From assembly GCA_965199825.1 (NCBI GenBank), contig OZ241329.1, positions 1,440,001 through 1,504,000 of the forward strand: a stretch of DNA of 64,000 nt, read 5' to 3'. Below the pieces are notes generated by a model that saw only the letters and a list, made by a program, of their open reading frames with translations, ran no database searches and had not been told where the DNA came from. Of this stretch, positions 9,879 through 19,166 are shown in pieces. Origin of the DNA: Bdellovibrionales bacterium. GTDB lineage: Bacteria > Bdellovibrionota > Bdellovibrionia > Bdellovibrionales > UBA1609. The translations under genes and the position numbers were made by a program. Position 1 is the stretch's first letter. Every line of letters begins with the position of its first letter.

Positions 9879-10124
9879 GTGGGCGGCATGTCGATTTGGC
9901 ATTTAATGATTATCGCGTTTATTTTACTTATGATTTTTGGGCCTAACCGCGTGGGCGAAATGGGCGGCTCGTTGGGTAAAGCGATTCGTAATTTCAAAAA
10001 AGGAATTGAGGGAGTCGATGAGATCGACGTGACTCATACCAATCGTAAAGATCAGCTCCCCAATGCGGCTCCGCCACCTCCGGCACAGCCCACACATGAT
10101 TCAACAACTAATAAACAAGTTTAG
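9879..10124 (+). CDS. tatA: Twin-arginine translocase TatA/E
   Basis: MSIWHLMII...IFG...LGKAIRNFKKG; GGAGG RBS before GTG 9879. Confidence 0.9.
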   Translation: MGGMSIWHLMIIAFILLMIFGPNRVGEMGGSLGKAIRNFKKGIEGVDEIDVTHTNRKDQLPNAAPPPPAQPTHDSTTNKQV

Positions 10125-12118
10125 AAGAATGAGTTTGCGGCGTTAACAATCGCCTGGGCATCCATTTCGTGAAGCCTATAAAGTTCTGAAGCTTTATAGG
10201 CACTCCGACCAAATTGATCTCGAACTCCCAGTAATTTAAAATTCGAAATTTGAACTCCCGCTTGCAAAAGTTCGGGCACCAAAAAAGCTGCGGCACCCCC
10301 GCGTGATTGATGATCCTCAATTGTGATCAGTCGTCCTTGGCTTTTTTCGAGAGCATTTTTTAATGTTTTAATATCTGGGCGGTTTAAGGCCGAAAGATTA
10401 ATTACGGTTGCACCAATTCCTTGTGACTCAAGTTCTTGTGCCGCTTTGATCGCCTCAGAAGCCAGCGATCCCGCCACAGCCAATGTGATTTTTTTGGGCT
10501 GCTGAGAATCAAATAAAATTTGGGCTCGCCCAAGCTCATAAACAGTTTGTGTATATTGGGGCGGAAAATCCTCTCGACCTAAGAAGAACACAAAAGAGGG
10601 AGGGGTCTTTCCCGCAGCTCGGTCACGATGAAATCGATCAATCGCTTGACCCACCAAAGCTTCGGCCTCTTGACTACATGTTAGGGCAAATACCTCGGTG
10701 TGAGGAATACTTCCAACTTGAGAGAGATAAGACAGCGCTTGATGAGAGGCTCCGTCGGCCGCATCTTGAAATCCAGTATGCGAAAAAATCGCAATAATTG
10801 GCGCTTGCGATAGGGCAGCCATTGTTAACGGAAGAGCTCCCTTGGTCACACCAAATTGGGCAAAGGTGTCGACCACTGGAATAAATCCTTGTTTTGAAAA
10901 TCCAGCCGCAATGCTGACCATATTCGATTCGGCCACACCAACATCAATGACCGCTTCAGAATATTTTTTTTGAAATTCTAAAACACCAGTCGAGCCGGGC
11001 AAATCTGCGGTGATCGAAACTACAGGAAAACCTTTTTTCTTACGCTCGATCATTGCTTTGGCAACGCCCACCTGAATTTTTTCTTTGTGAGGAGCATCGG
11101 TTGGTTTTGGCAATTGAGCCCGACGCTCGCCTTCGGCTTCAAGTTCTTTAAGCCATGGAATGAAAATATCGGGAATGTCGTGAGTGCCATAAATTTCTTG
11201 AACAAAGGCGCGGCACTCTTTGGTGTCTTTTAGCGGAAAACCATGTCCGCCCGATGCAGCTTCTTGACAGGCTTTGATGCCGTAACCCTTAATGGTTTTT
11301 GCGTGAATGGCCACCGGTTTTGAAGGATTTTTTCGTGCAAGCTCAAGTGCGGTTTGAAAAGTCTCGGCGCAACTTTGTAGGCTGTGTCCGTTTGCGAGCG
11401 ACAACACTTCCCAGCCCATCACTTTAAGTGCTTCAAAGGTTGGCTCCATCGAAAATGAATCTTTATCGATGCGGCCGGTAAGCTTGGTGTTGTTGTCTGA
11501 AATAATCATCACAAATGGATTAACTTTTTCGCGTGCGGCTAAGCCCGGAAGTGATGCCAAAGCTTCGCGCGCTTCGCCTTCCATCAAACCACCATCAGAA
11601 ACGGTAATCACGGTCACTCGATCACTGCGGCCCATGCGGTCAGCAAGTGCCAAACCCTCGGCCTGGGGAAGGGTTGATCCCAAAGGACCATTACTTAAGT
11701 AAACGCCCTGAGGAAACAAATGACTTTCACCATGACCGGTCAAACGACTTTGTACCGAGCGAAATGATTTAAGCTCTTTGATTGTCACACCCGCATGACC
11801 ATAAAGGGCTTTAAGCGCATAAATCCCATTTTCACAGTGGCCGGCATCGTTCACCATATGAAACAGCTCGTGCCAGGGCCGCGCTTTTAATTCGGACTCA
11901 TGAAAAACAATTCCCCATGCGGATGCCGAAAGCTCGGCAAAACCGGAAGGACCACCAAAATGTGAAGCCGCACCACCAAGCACCGCTTGCATATCCATCA
12001 ATGCAATCAATGCGCGAATCGCACGTGGATCAGCCACTTCGAGATTTTTGCCAGATTTGAGAACAACAGTCTGGCTCAGCTGCGGCTTATGGGGAGGGTT
12101 GCCTGCAAGTTGTGACAT
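10121..12118 (-). CDS. Transketolase-like TPP-dependent enzyme (divergent)
   Basis: HFGG, GPLG, TPP motif SDGGLMEG...DNN, DVGVAESNM, DGASHQ, TIEDH. Confidence 0.85.
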   Translation of the reverse strand: MSQLAGNPPHKPQLSQTVVLKSGKNLEVADPRAIRALIALMDMQAVLGGAASHFGGPSGFAELSASAWGIVFHESELKARPWHELFHMVNDAGHCENGIYALKALYGHAGVTIKELKSFRSVQSRLTGHGESHLFPQGVYLSNGPLGSTLPQAEGLALADRMGRSDRVTVITVSDGGLMEGEAREALASLPGLAAREKVNPFVMIISDNNTKLTGRIDKDSFSMEPTFEALKVMGWEVLSLANGHSLQSCAETFQTALELARKNPSKPVAIHAKTIKGYGIKACQEAASGGHGFPLKDTKECRAFVQEIYGTHDIPDIFIPWLKELEAEGERRAQLPKPTDAPHKEKIQVGVAKAMIERKKKGFPVVSITADLPGSTGVLEFQKKYSEAVIDVGVAESNMVSIAAGFSKQGFIPVVDTFAQFGVTKGALPLTMAALSQAPIIAIFSHTGFQDAADGASHQALSYLSQVGSIPHTEVFALTCSQEAEALVGQAIDRFHRDRAAGKTPPSFVFFLGREDFPPQYTQTVYELGRAQILFDSQQPKKITLAVAGSLASEAIKAAQELESQGIGATVINLSALNRPDIKTLKNALEKSQGRLITIEDHQSRGGAAAFLVPELLQAGVQISNFKLLGVRDQFGRSAYKASELYRLHEMDAQAIVNAANSFF

Positions 12119-12184
12119 ATAAAAGGCATCTATCCTTCATTTAGATTTTGCGTCAACCACCTAACATTCTATATGCTTCGCTGC

Positions 12185-13180
12185 ATGAGAGTTGATTTAC
12201 ATCGCCATCTTGAATTGTCGTTGCGCCAAAGTACAATCCGCGAACTTGCCCCTTCTTTTGGGATCCAAATCTCAAATGACAAAGAGTTTGCCGAACGGTT
12301 TTTAATTACCGAACCGATGAAGGATTTAGGCGCGGTCTTAAATAAATTTCTTGATACCCAAAAACTTTTAGCGTCTGAGGAAATTTTAGAACGCATCGCT
12401 TTTGAAGCTTGCGAGGATGCGTTTTTAAAAGAACAGATTCGGATTCTTGAGCTCAGATATTCTCTGACATTTATCAAACAGGGTCATGATCTCAGCTTCG
12501 AACAAATCCAAAAATCAATCGTGCGCGGAGTCCATCGAGCCGAAAATCTTTATCCCATTGCGGTTGGTTTGATCTGCATCATCCAGCGAATTTTGCCGGT
12601 GAAAGAAGCAGAATATGTCACCGACTTTGCAATTGAACATAAGGAAAGTTTTTTAGCACTCGATCTCGCCGACAACGAATTGGGATTTGATTCCAAACCC
12701 TTTTCTAAATTTTTTGTTAAAGCAAAAAAAGCGGGAATGAAAATCACAGTTCATAGCGGCGAAGCAAACGTTGAAGGTGCCGCCCAATATGTGGTTGATG
12801 CCATTGAACACCTCGGTGCTGATCGCATTGGACACGGTGTTCAGGTTTACAAAAATCTTGAAGCAATGAGATTTGTGCGCGACCGAAAAATTCCATTGGA
12901 GCTCTGTATTACGAGCAATGTTTTGACCCAAGCGGTGCCAACATTTGCTGATCATCCATTCAAAAAATTGTCTGATTTTGGAATTATCACAACACTGAAT
13001 ACCGATGATCCCGGAATATTTAACACGGATCTCAATCGAGAAATTGAGGTTGCAAAAAAGTACCTCAATGTGACAGACGACGAGATAAGAAAAAGTTTTG
13101 ATCGTGGTGCCGAAGTGAGCTTTATTTCCCTCGAGAAACGTCAAAAAGTTTGGCCAAAATCAATTCAATCGAACTCATAG
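12185..13180 (+). CDS. add: Adenosine/adenine deaminase
   Basis: DLHRHLE, ELRYS, HSGE, RIGHG, NTDDP. Confidence 0.9.
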   Translation: MRVDLHRHLELSLRQSTIRELAPSFGIQISNDKEFAERFLITEPMKDLGAVLNKFLDTQKLLASEEILERIAFEACEDAFLKEQIRILELRYSLTFIKQGHDLSFEQIQKSIVRGVHRAENLYPIAVGLICIIQRILPVKEAEYVTDFAIEHKESFLALDLADNELGFDSKPFSKFFVKAKKAGMKITVHSGEANVEGAAQYVVDAIEHLGADRIGHGVQVYKNLEAMRFVRDRKIPLELCITSNVLTQAVPTFADHPFKKLSDFGIITTLNTDDPGIFNTDLNREIEVAKKYLNVTDDEIRKSFDRGAEVSFISLEKRQKVWPKSIQSNS

Positions 13181-13384
13181 CAATGATATTTAGTTGTGAT
13201 TTTTTCCACGTCTGCGAATTGAAACTGTGGCCAAAAAGAACCAACTTCTTTTTTCAAGCATTACGCTTCCAGTCCAGAAAGTAATTGTAGATGTTGAAAC
13301 TTTATTAAAATCGCAATAATTCAATATGTGAGGTACAAAAGTCTTAAAAGGTTTTCGAACAGTAAATAATAACAAGGAGTTTCT

Positions 13385-14248
13385 ATGAAACAAATTTCTC
13401 TCGCGATCGCTGCACTCGGCTTTGTTGCTAGTGCGCACGCTGCCCCACTACGCACTCAGTATTTCTTCCAAGCTGATGCTGATAAAAACGTTGCACAAGC
13501 CGCTTTTGGTTATGGCAATTCAAGCTTCAAAGACCCTGTTGGTAACAAAACAGAAGAAGCTGGTTCTTTAAGACTGAACTTGAACTACGAACGTGGCGTG
13601 AATGATAAGATGGCCGTTGGAATTTTGGTTCCTTGGTTAATCAGTGGAAAAATAAAAGTTACAGGTCAACCTGATCGTGATCATAACGGTGTTGGAGATA
13701 TTGTTATATATGCTAAAGGCACAGCCGCTCTAAATGACAATCAAAATTTTCAGTATGGTTTGGGACTCTCATACAGCCTCACAGATCCTACTACGAACTC
13801 AACTCGCGTTGATGCTCAAGACGGTCGTATCTCGTTCATTCCATATATTGGTTATGTTGCAAGCGTAAGCGGCAACCTCAATCTTGGAGCAAAATTGTCG
13901 TACAATGTTGCGGTCAACACTCCTAAAGTTAAAAATGACATGGGAACTTTTGATCATAAAGGCAAAGATGTAACTACTTTTTCAGTATTTGGTGAAGTGC
14001 CATTTATGACTGGTGTTGCAGGATTAGAAATCGCTTACCGTGCGGTGAACTCAACTAAAAACGAAACCGGAACACTGAATGGCGATGGGATCAACTGGCT
14101 TGACCTCAACATTTATGGAACAGTTTTGCTTGATGAATCATGGACTTTGATTCCAACAGTTGGTTATTCCAATGCTCAAAATGGAAGTGCTGCAGTTGAT
14201 AGCGGAACAGACCTGCATGTTGCAGTTGCTGCTCGTTACACTTTCTAA
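13385..14248 (+). CDS. Outer-membrane beta-barrel protein
   Basis: Signal peptide (SAHA), alternating beta-strand pattern, C-terminal ARYTF beta-signal, strong AAGGAG RBS, own terminator. Confidence 0.75.
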   Translation: MKQISLAIAALGFVASAHAAPLRTQYFFQADADKNVAQAAFGYGNSSFKDPVGNKTEEAGSLRLNLNYERGVNDKMAVGILVPWLISGKIKVTGQPDRDHNGVGDIVIYAKGTAALNDNQNFQYGLGLSYSLTDPTTNSTRVDAQDGRISFIPYIGYVASVSGNLNLGAKLSYNVAVNTPKVKNDMGTFDHKGKDVTTFSVFGEVPFMTGVAGLEIAYRAVNSTKNETGTLNGDGINWLDLNIYGTVLLDESWTLIPTVGYSNAQNGSAAVDSGTDLHVAVAARYTF

Positions 14249-14274
14249 ATCTTAAATTAAAATTTAAGTTTGAT

Positions 14275-14304
14275 AAAACGGAAGGGAAACCTTCCGTTTT
14301 TTTT
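14275..14304. terminator. Rho-independent terminator, probably bidirectional
   Basis: AAAACGGAAGG-GAAA-CCTTCCGTTTTTTTT between convergent genes. Confidence 0.9.
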
Positions 14305-14933
14305 TATTCTATCACTCGTCCGTTTTTTATTTTTACAACGTGGTCGGCGAGTTGCTTTACGTCTTCCGGATCGTGAGTGACGAAATAAGTCGGAATGTTT
14401 TGCTGTTGCACCACTTGTTTGACCAATAAGCGTGCGCTCACACGCAACTCAGTATCTAGCGATGAAAAGGGCTCATCCATCAGCAGCACTCGAGGCTGAC
14501 CAATTAAGGCGCGGGCAATCGCCACTCGTTGACGTTCACCACCTGATAAAGCTGAACTGCTTTTGTTGAGTAAAGATTGCGACAATTCCAAAGATTCTGA
14601 CAATTTTTTAAGTGGCAATTGATAGGGAATTTTTCGTGCTTCGGCGGCGAACTGGATATTTTCGAGCGCTGTCATATTTGGAAATAGATCATAGCTTTGA
14701 AACACCACTCCTAGTCGACGTTGTGGGGGCGAAAGCTGATTGAGATCCATACCGTTCACTTCCCAAATCATGCCAGGGCAAGAATCCAAGCCCATCAACA
14801 CTCGAAAAAGCGAAGACTTGCCAGAACCGGAAGGACCTAAAAAGGCGGTGATTCCTTGGTCAGCGAGTGCTAGAAAATCGATATTGAGAACGAAATCTCC
14901 GTAATCAACTTTTAAATTTTTTATGAATCCCAT
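14304..14933 (-). CDS. thiQ: ABC transporter ATP-binding subunit, ThiQ-like
   Basis: GPSGSGKS, LSGGERQRVAIARAL, LLMDEPF, VTHD; downstream of the thiB/thiP-like genes. Confidence 0.75.
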   Translation of the reverse strand: MGFIKNLKVDYGDFVLNIDFLALADQGITAFLGPSGSGKSSLFRVLMGLDSCPGMIWEVNGMDLNQLSPPQRRLGVVFQSYDLFPNMTALENIQFAAEARKIPYQLPLKKLSESLELSQSLLNKSSSALSGGERQRVAIARALIGQPRVLLMDEPFSSLDTELRVSARLLVKQVVQQQNIPTYFVTHDPEDVKQLADHVVKIKNGRVIE

Positions 14934-16206
14934 ATCCAATTCCCAAAAATAAAAAATAACAACACATCGAAATGGCAATAAGGATCAGCATCAACAGTGT
15001 TGCTAGATCAAGCCGATAAAGTGACAAAAGGTTTTGTATCGCCACGGGAAGAGTCCATTCGCTGTCGCTCAAAATTGCGCTGATCGAAAAATCGCTACAT
15101 CCAAAAAGGCTTGCAAGTCCTGCTGCCCGAAACAAAGAAGGCAAAAGTTGCGGAGCGGTGATTTTTTTAAAAATTTGAATGTTTGAAGCACCAAGTAGCC
15201 GAGCATTTGACCACTGGTTTCTAAGACCAACTCCATGACTAAATACAATCCATTTAAATACAAAAGGTGTCAGCAATAAAATTAGGCCTATTGCAGTTTT
15301 TAAAAAAACATCAAGCTCCAGATTAATCGCCAAAAGTGCAATAAGAGCCGCACTCGGGAAATGAAGGGTGAGAATAAATGTTTGAACTCTTTGGTAGGGT
15401 AAAAAAAGAGCTATCACGCAGCTCAAAAATAGAACTCCACCTCCGGTGACTAGACCGAGCTCAACAGAGCTTCTAACAAACCCAAAAAGTGGAAACTGGT
15501 TAAAGCCTCTCGGTGTAAGAGTAAAGGGAATCAATAAACCAATGATTAAGAATAAAATTGGAATTAAGGCCACAATTGAAAGAAAGGGAAAGCAAAAGAG
15601 TTTGAGGTTCACCGGAATTGTTTTTGCTGTTGAGTAATTCAGTCGGCTGAGAAAGTAGCTTAAAAAAAGAAGTGCAGTGATTTCGATTGCTGCAAAATTC
15701 CACGCGGTAGGGATTGAGATTCTTAATGTTGATGCAATCAACAATTCGAGAGTTTCAAATCCAAAAATTGTGGGAACTGTATAGCTGGTAAAGCTCACCA
15801 AAAAAATCAGAGCCCAAAGATAGGTAAGATCTTTTTTAAAGACCAAAAAGATTGTTTTTAAAAGTTGCTTGGAGGTTGCACCTTCAAGGAACGCCAGCTC
15901 AAGGCTTTGGCCAAGATGGGTGGAAATTAAATTTTTGATCGCTACTGCAACAAATCCTAAATTCATAAAACTATGCATCACAACCACCGCACCTAATCCC
16001 TGAAGTGGATAAAAATTGAGGCCTGCCGAAACCAGATATAAGGGAGGTAAAAATGCCGGCAGGATAAGAATGGGTTCGATCCATTTTGGATATTGCCGAA
16101 AGCTCATCAATCCTATAGTTGCAAGGCCGGCTAACAAAAGTGTCAGTGTCGCGCTGAATAGGGATTGCGCAAAAGTATTGACGATCACGCCAAGCGTGCT
16201 CGTCAT
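14905..16206 (-). CDS. thiP: ABC transporter permease, ThiP/FbpB-like duplicated TM
   Basis: Highly hydrophobic, two EAA-like loops (ELAFLEGAT, NARLLGAS), PVAIQNLLSLYR. Confidence 0.7.
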   Translation of the reverse strand: MTSTLGVIVNTFAQSLFSATLTLLLAGLATIGLMSFRQYPKWIEPILILPAFLPPLYLVSAGLNFYPLQGLGAVVVMHSFMNLGFVAVAIKNLISTHLGQSLELAFLEGATSKQLLKTIFLVFKKDLTYLWALIFLVSFTSYTVPTIFGFETLELLIASTLRISIPTAWNFAAIEITALLFLSYFLSRLNYSTAKTIPVNLKLFCFPFLSIVALIPILFLIIGLLIPFTLTPRGFNQFPLFGFVRSSVELGLVTGGGVLFLSCVIALFLPYQRVQTFILTLHFPSAALIALLAINLELDVFLKTAIGLILLLTPFVFKWIVFSHGVGLRNQWSNARLLGASNIQIFKKITAPQLLPSLFRAAGLASLFGCSDFSISAILSDSEWTLPVAIQNLLSLYRLDLATLLMLILIAISMCCYFLFLGIGYGIHKKFKS

Positions 16207-17234
16207 TTTAAGGCTTGAACTAATTCTTCGGCTAAAGCGGTGCTGTTGCTGATGTCTTTTTGCATTTCACTCCAGGGGAGGAGTCGAAGCTGTGGCAGAT
16301 TTTGAAATTCGCTTCCAGCTATCACCGAGTTGATAACAGGAAACATATAATTCTTGGTCATCAAGGTGTGCTGACCTTCTGGGCTTGTGAGCAGATGAAT
16401 AAAGTCTTGGGCCAAATCACAGTTGCGGCAATTTTCTGGAATTGATGCAAACTCGGCTTGATAGGCATGGGCATTTTCAAAAACTGCTGTTTGATAAGAT
16501 CGGTTTTTTTCCTCATTCCAATGATAAACAACCGATGTTTGATAAGTGTAGACCAATTTGGCTTGGCCTCTTTTAAAAGTGCTATATGACAAAGCCCATG
16601 TGGGAGCGAGAGTGGCCACCGAATTTTTAAGCTGTTTTAAAAATTGTGAGTATTCGCTGTCGAGCGAGTGGTGAAGCCACAACGCAAGCTGAAGACCTGG
16701 AGTGCTAAGGCGTGGATCTTGAAGAGCCAAAGTATTTTTAAAACGTTCATCCAAAAGATCTTGAATTGAATGGGGTGGTTCGATCTCGCCCGCGCGATAA
16801 ACAAAAGTCATGGGGGACCAGTCAAAAGGCACAAAGTCTTCGTCTTCTAATTCTTTTAGTTCTGGTAAAAGTTGTGGCCGCTCGGTCAAAGGCTTCCACT
16901 TCATAATTTTTTTGGCTTCGTTTATTGTTAGTGGATCAAGGCCCAAAACCAGATCGGTTGGATTATTTTTGGCCGCCAATTTCTTTAACATCAACACCGA
17001 ATCGCCGGCGTTGTTGACTTCAACTTCGCAATTACATTTTGCTTTAAACCGAGCGATCAGTTCATTGGCCGGCCCAAACTGACTCGCAAAAGTGGAGTAG
17101 GTCATAATGCTTAATTTTTTTTGGACCGAACCGTTATTTCTGAGGGTAACCCCTTTTTCATAACCTTGAAACATCATCGATCCAAGAAGACCTGCAACGA
17201 TGGCAGTGCCTGCTAAAAATATCCAAATTCTCAT
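16203..17234 (-). CDS. thiB: Thiamine ABC transporter substrate-binding protein
   Basis: TYSTF..FGP, FKAKCNCEV, DLVLGLD, QDPRLSTPGL, W..SY..F..G, YQTS, NYMFPV. Confidence 0.85.
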   Translation of the reverse strand: MRIWIFLAGTAIVAGLLGSMMFQGYEKGVTLRNNGSVQKKLSIMTYSTFASQFGPANELIARFKAKCNCEVEVNNAGDSVLMLKKLAAKNNPTDLVLGLDPLTINEAKKIMKWKPLTERPQLLPELKELEDEDFVPFDWSPMTFVYRAGEIEPPHSIQDLLDERFKNTLALQDPRLSTPGLQLALWLHHSLDSEYSQFLKQLKNSVATLAPTWALSYSTFKRGQAKLVYTYQTSVVYHWNEEKNRSYQTAVFENAHAYQAEFASIPENCRNCDLAQDFIHLLTSPEGQHTLMTKNYMFPVINSVIAGSEFQNLPQLRLLPWSEMQKDISNSTALAEELVQALK

Positions 17235-17239
17235 AGAGT

Positions 17240-17722
17240 TTACCAGAGCAATCCGCGTTTACGCTTGTAAAAGAAATAGTCAAGTCCAAGGCATCTTCCT
17301 GCTCCTGCCCATAAGATGACAAGTAAAATTACAAACACCAATCGTTGAGTTTCAAGGGCATGAGGTGAGGCGCTATAAAGAAGATTCAGTGTCAGGAACA
17401 GTGCGAGCAGGGCAGCAGGGCGAACCAAAAATCCAATCAAAAAACTAAGGCCTACCAAAAATTCGATATAGGTCATGGTGTAAGCAAAGATCTGCCAATT
17501 GGGCACAACGTAAATTTCAAGCAGGGATTTATACCATTCAGGAGCCGTACTCTTGGTGAGATTTTCCATGATCGAGGACGCTAGCCGCGGGTAAATTAAA
17601 TAATCACCATGAAACCGCTCAAAGGCGCGACTCAAAAAATAATAGCCAAGATAAATCCGCATAAAGCTGATCGGAACAAAATGGCCAACATATTTAATAC
17701 TTTCAAAAAATGCGACAAGCAT
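17240..17722 (-). CDS. DoxX/DoxD family membrane protein
   Basis: RIYLGYYF, EFLVGLSFLIG..VRPAA, AGRCLGLD. Confidence 0.8.
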   Translation of the reverse strand: MLVAFFESIKYVGHFVPISFMRIYLGYYFLSRAFERFHGDYLIYPRLASSIMENLTKSTAPEWYKSLLEIYVVPNWQIFAYTMTYIEFLVGLSFLIGFLVRPAALLALFLTLNLLYSASPHALETQRLVFVILLVILWAGAGRCLGLDYFFYKRKRGLLW

Positions 17723-17747
17723 AGCTGATAGTGTCTCCTTCGGCTTA

Positions 17748-18419
17748 TTACATCAACCAGTTATACATCGCAAAAGCAGTCGACCCAAGGATGGCGCATC
17801 CCATGAGTTGAAGTCGTTTGGACATGCGGCCACGGCCATGAGCAATTTGAAAATTCACATAGTCCTGACGCGAGGTTCGTGGAGCTATCAAAATTGACCG
17901 GGCCAATTGTCGATCGGCTTCATAGGCCAAGGCTGGAATCAGAGATTGAAGTTCTTGATCCAAATACTCCTGTGGCATGAATCTAAGGATCTCCCATTTA
18001 CGTGCAAGACGCAATTGGCGCAAATAAGGCAAAAACAAATTAGGCAGAGTGGATTTTTTCAAGAAATCGAAAAGTCTTTGCTCCTGCATATTCGCAAGCA
18101 GAACCATTCCCAAAACACTGCCCTCAAACGTCCGTGGTAGCTTGATCCGATTGGGTTGAACCAAGAGAATTTGGCTCCCGTATTCGGTACTTAACAAAGT
18201 CATATAGTTTTGAGCTGCCTGACGATGGGGTTCATTTACCATTCTTCGAGGCAAATAGATTTGGTCATAGTAATACTTGATTTGTTGAGCCTTGGTTTTT
18301 GACTGATCCGAAAAAACTTGGGCCGCTTTTTTTTGATCGTGATCATCGAGAATTACCGAATCATTCAGAGCGACAGCTCCGTGGGACCAGACAAACCACA
18401 TGAGGATTATTGTCTTCAT
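17748..18419 (-). CDS. Hypothetical protein with signal peptide and C-terminal hydrophobic segment
   Basis: 223-aa ORF in a run of co-oriented genes. Confidence 0.6.
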   Translation of the reverse strand: MKTIILMWFVWSHGAVALNDSVILDDHDQKKAAQVFSDQSKTKAQQIKYYYDQIYLPRRMVNEPHRQAAQNYMTLLSTEYGSQILLVQPNRIKLPRTFEGSVLGMVLLANMQEQRLFDFLKKSTLPNLFLPYLRQLRLARKWEILRFMPQEYLDQELQSLIPALAYEADRQLARSILIAPRTSRQDYVNFQIAHGRGRMSKRLQLMGCAILGSTAFAMYNWLM

Positions 18420-18450
18420 TTGGTCTAAACTAATCGATCAGGTTATTTAA

Positions 18451-19098
18451 TCAAACCGTTTTTGGCACCACCCCTTTTTGGGGGCAGTACGGGTTGAGAA
18501 AGCACTCCGAACACAGCGGCTTTCTGGCTTTACAGATTTTTCGGCCATGGTCGATCAGCCAGTGTGAGAAATTGACCCAATCTTTTTGTGGCACAAATTT
18601 GATCAGATCCTTTTCGATCTGTATGGGATTGTCCGATCGAGTAAGACCGAGCCTGTAACTCAATCGCCCCACGTGGGTATCGACCGCAATGCCGGTCATC
18701 AGGCCGTACGCATTTCCAAGAACAACATTGGCGGTTTTTCTACCCACGCCGCGGAGTTGACAGCACGCCACCATATCCCTAGGAACTTTCCCACCAAATT
18801 TTTCGACAAGTTCTTTGCTCGTGTGAATTAGACTTTTGGCTTTTGCCCGAAAAAAGCCGGTGGACCGAATGACCTCTTCAAGTTCAGCGGGTTCGGCCAA
18901 CGCCATCGCAAAAGCATCGGGATATTTTTTAAACAACGATTTGGTCACGATATTGACACGCTCATCGGTACATTGAGCAGATAAGATGGTCGCGAATAGC
19001 AGTTCCTCTGGCGTGTTGAAATCTAAAGCGCTCTTAGAGTACGGATAATTTTTTGGCAGAAATTCTAAAATTGCCTGAATGCGTTCGTTTTTTTTCAT
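18451..19098 (-). CDS. nth: Endonuclease III
   Basis: ILSAQCTDERVN, GVGRKTANVVL, VDTHV, Fe-S motif CKARKPLCSECFLNPYC. Confidence 0.96.
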   Translation of the reverse strand: MKKNERIQAILEFLPKNYPYSKSALDFNTPEELLFATILSAQCTDERVNIVTKSLFKKYPDAFAMALAEPAELEEVIRSTGFFRAKAKSLIHTSKELVEKFGGKVPRDMVACCQLRGVGRKTANVVLGNAYGLMTGIAVDTHVGRLSYRLGLTRSDNPIQIEKDLIKFVPQKDWVNFSHWLIDHGRKICKARKPLCSECFLNPYCPQKGVVPKTV

Positions 19099-19166
19099 CA
19101 GCCTGTCGTTGGTCGGGATTTACAAAGAAACTTATTAAAATTCTCAATGCCCTTCTACAATAAATT

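Noticed and set aside
13181..13384. Riboswitch or sRNA in the longest intergenic region
   Set aside because: No recognisable purine, TPP or c-di-GMP riboswitch core; only a weak A/T hairpin. An Infernal scan would settle it.
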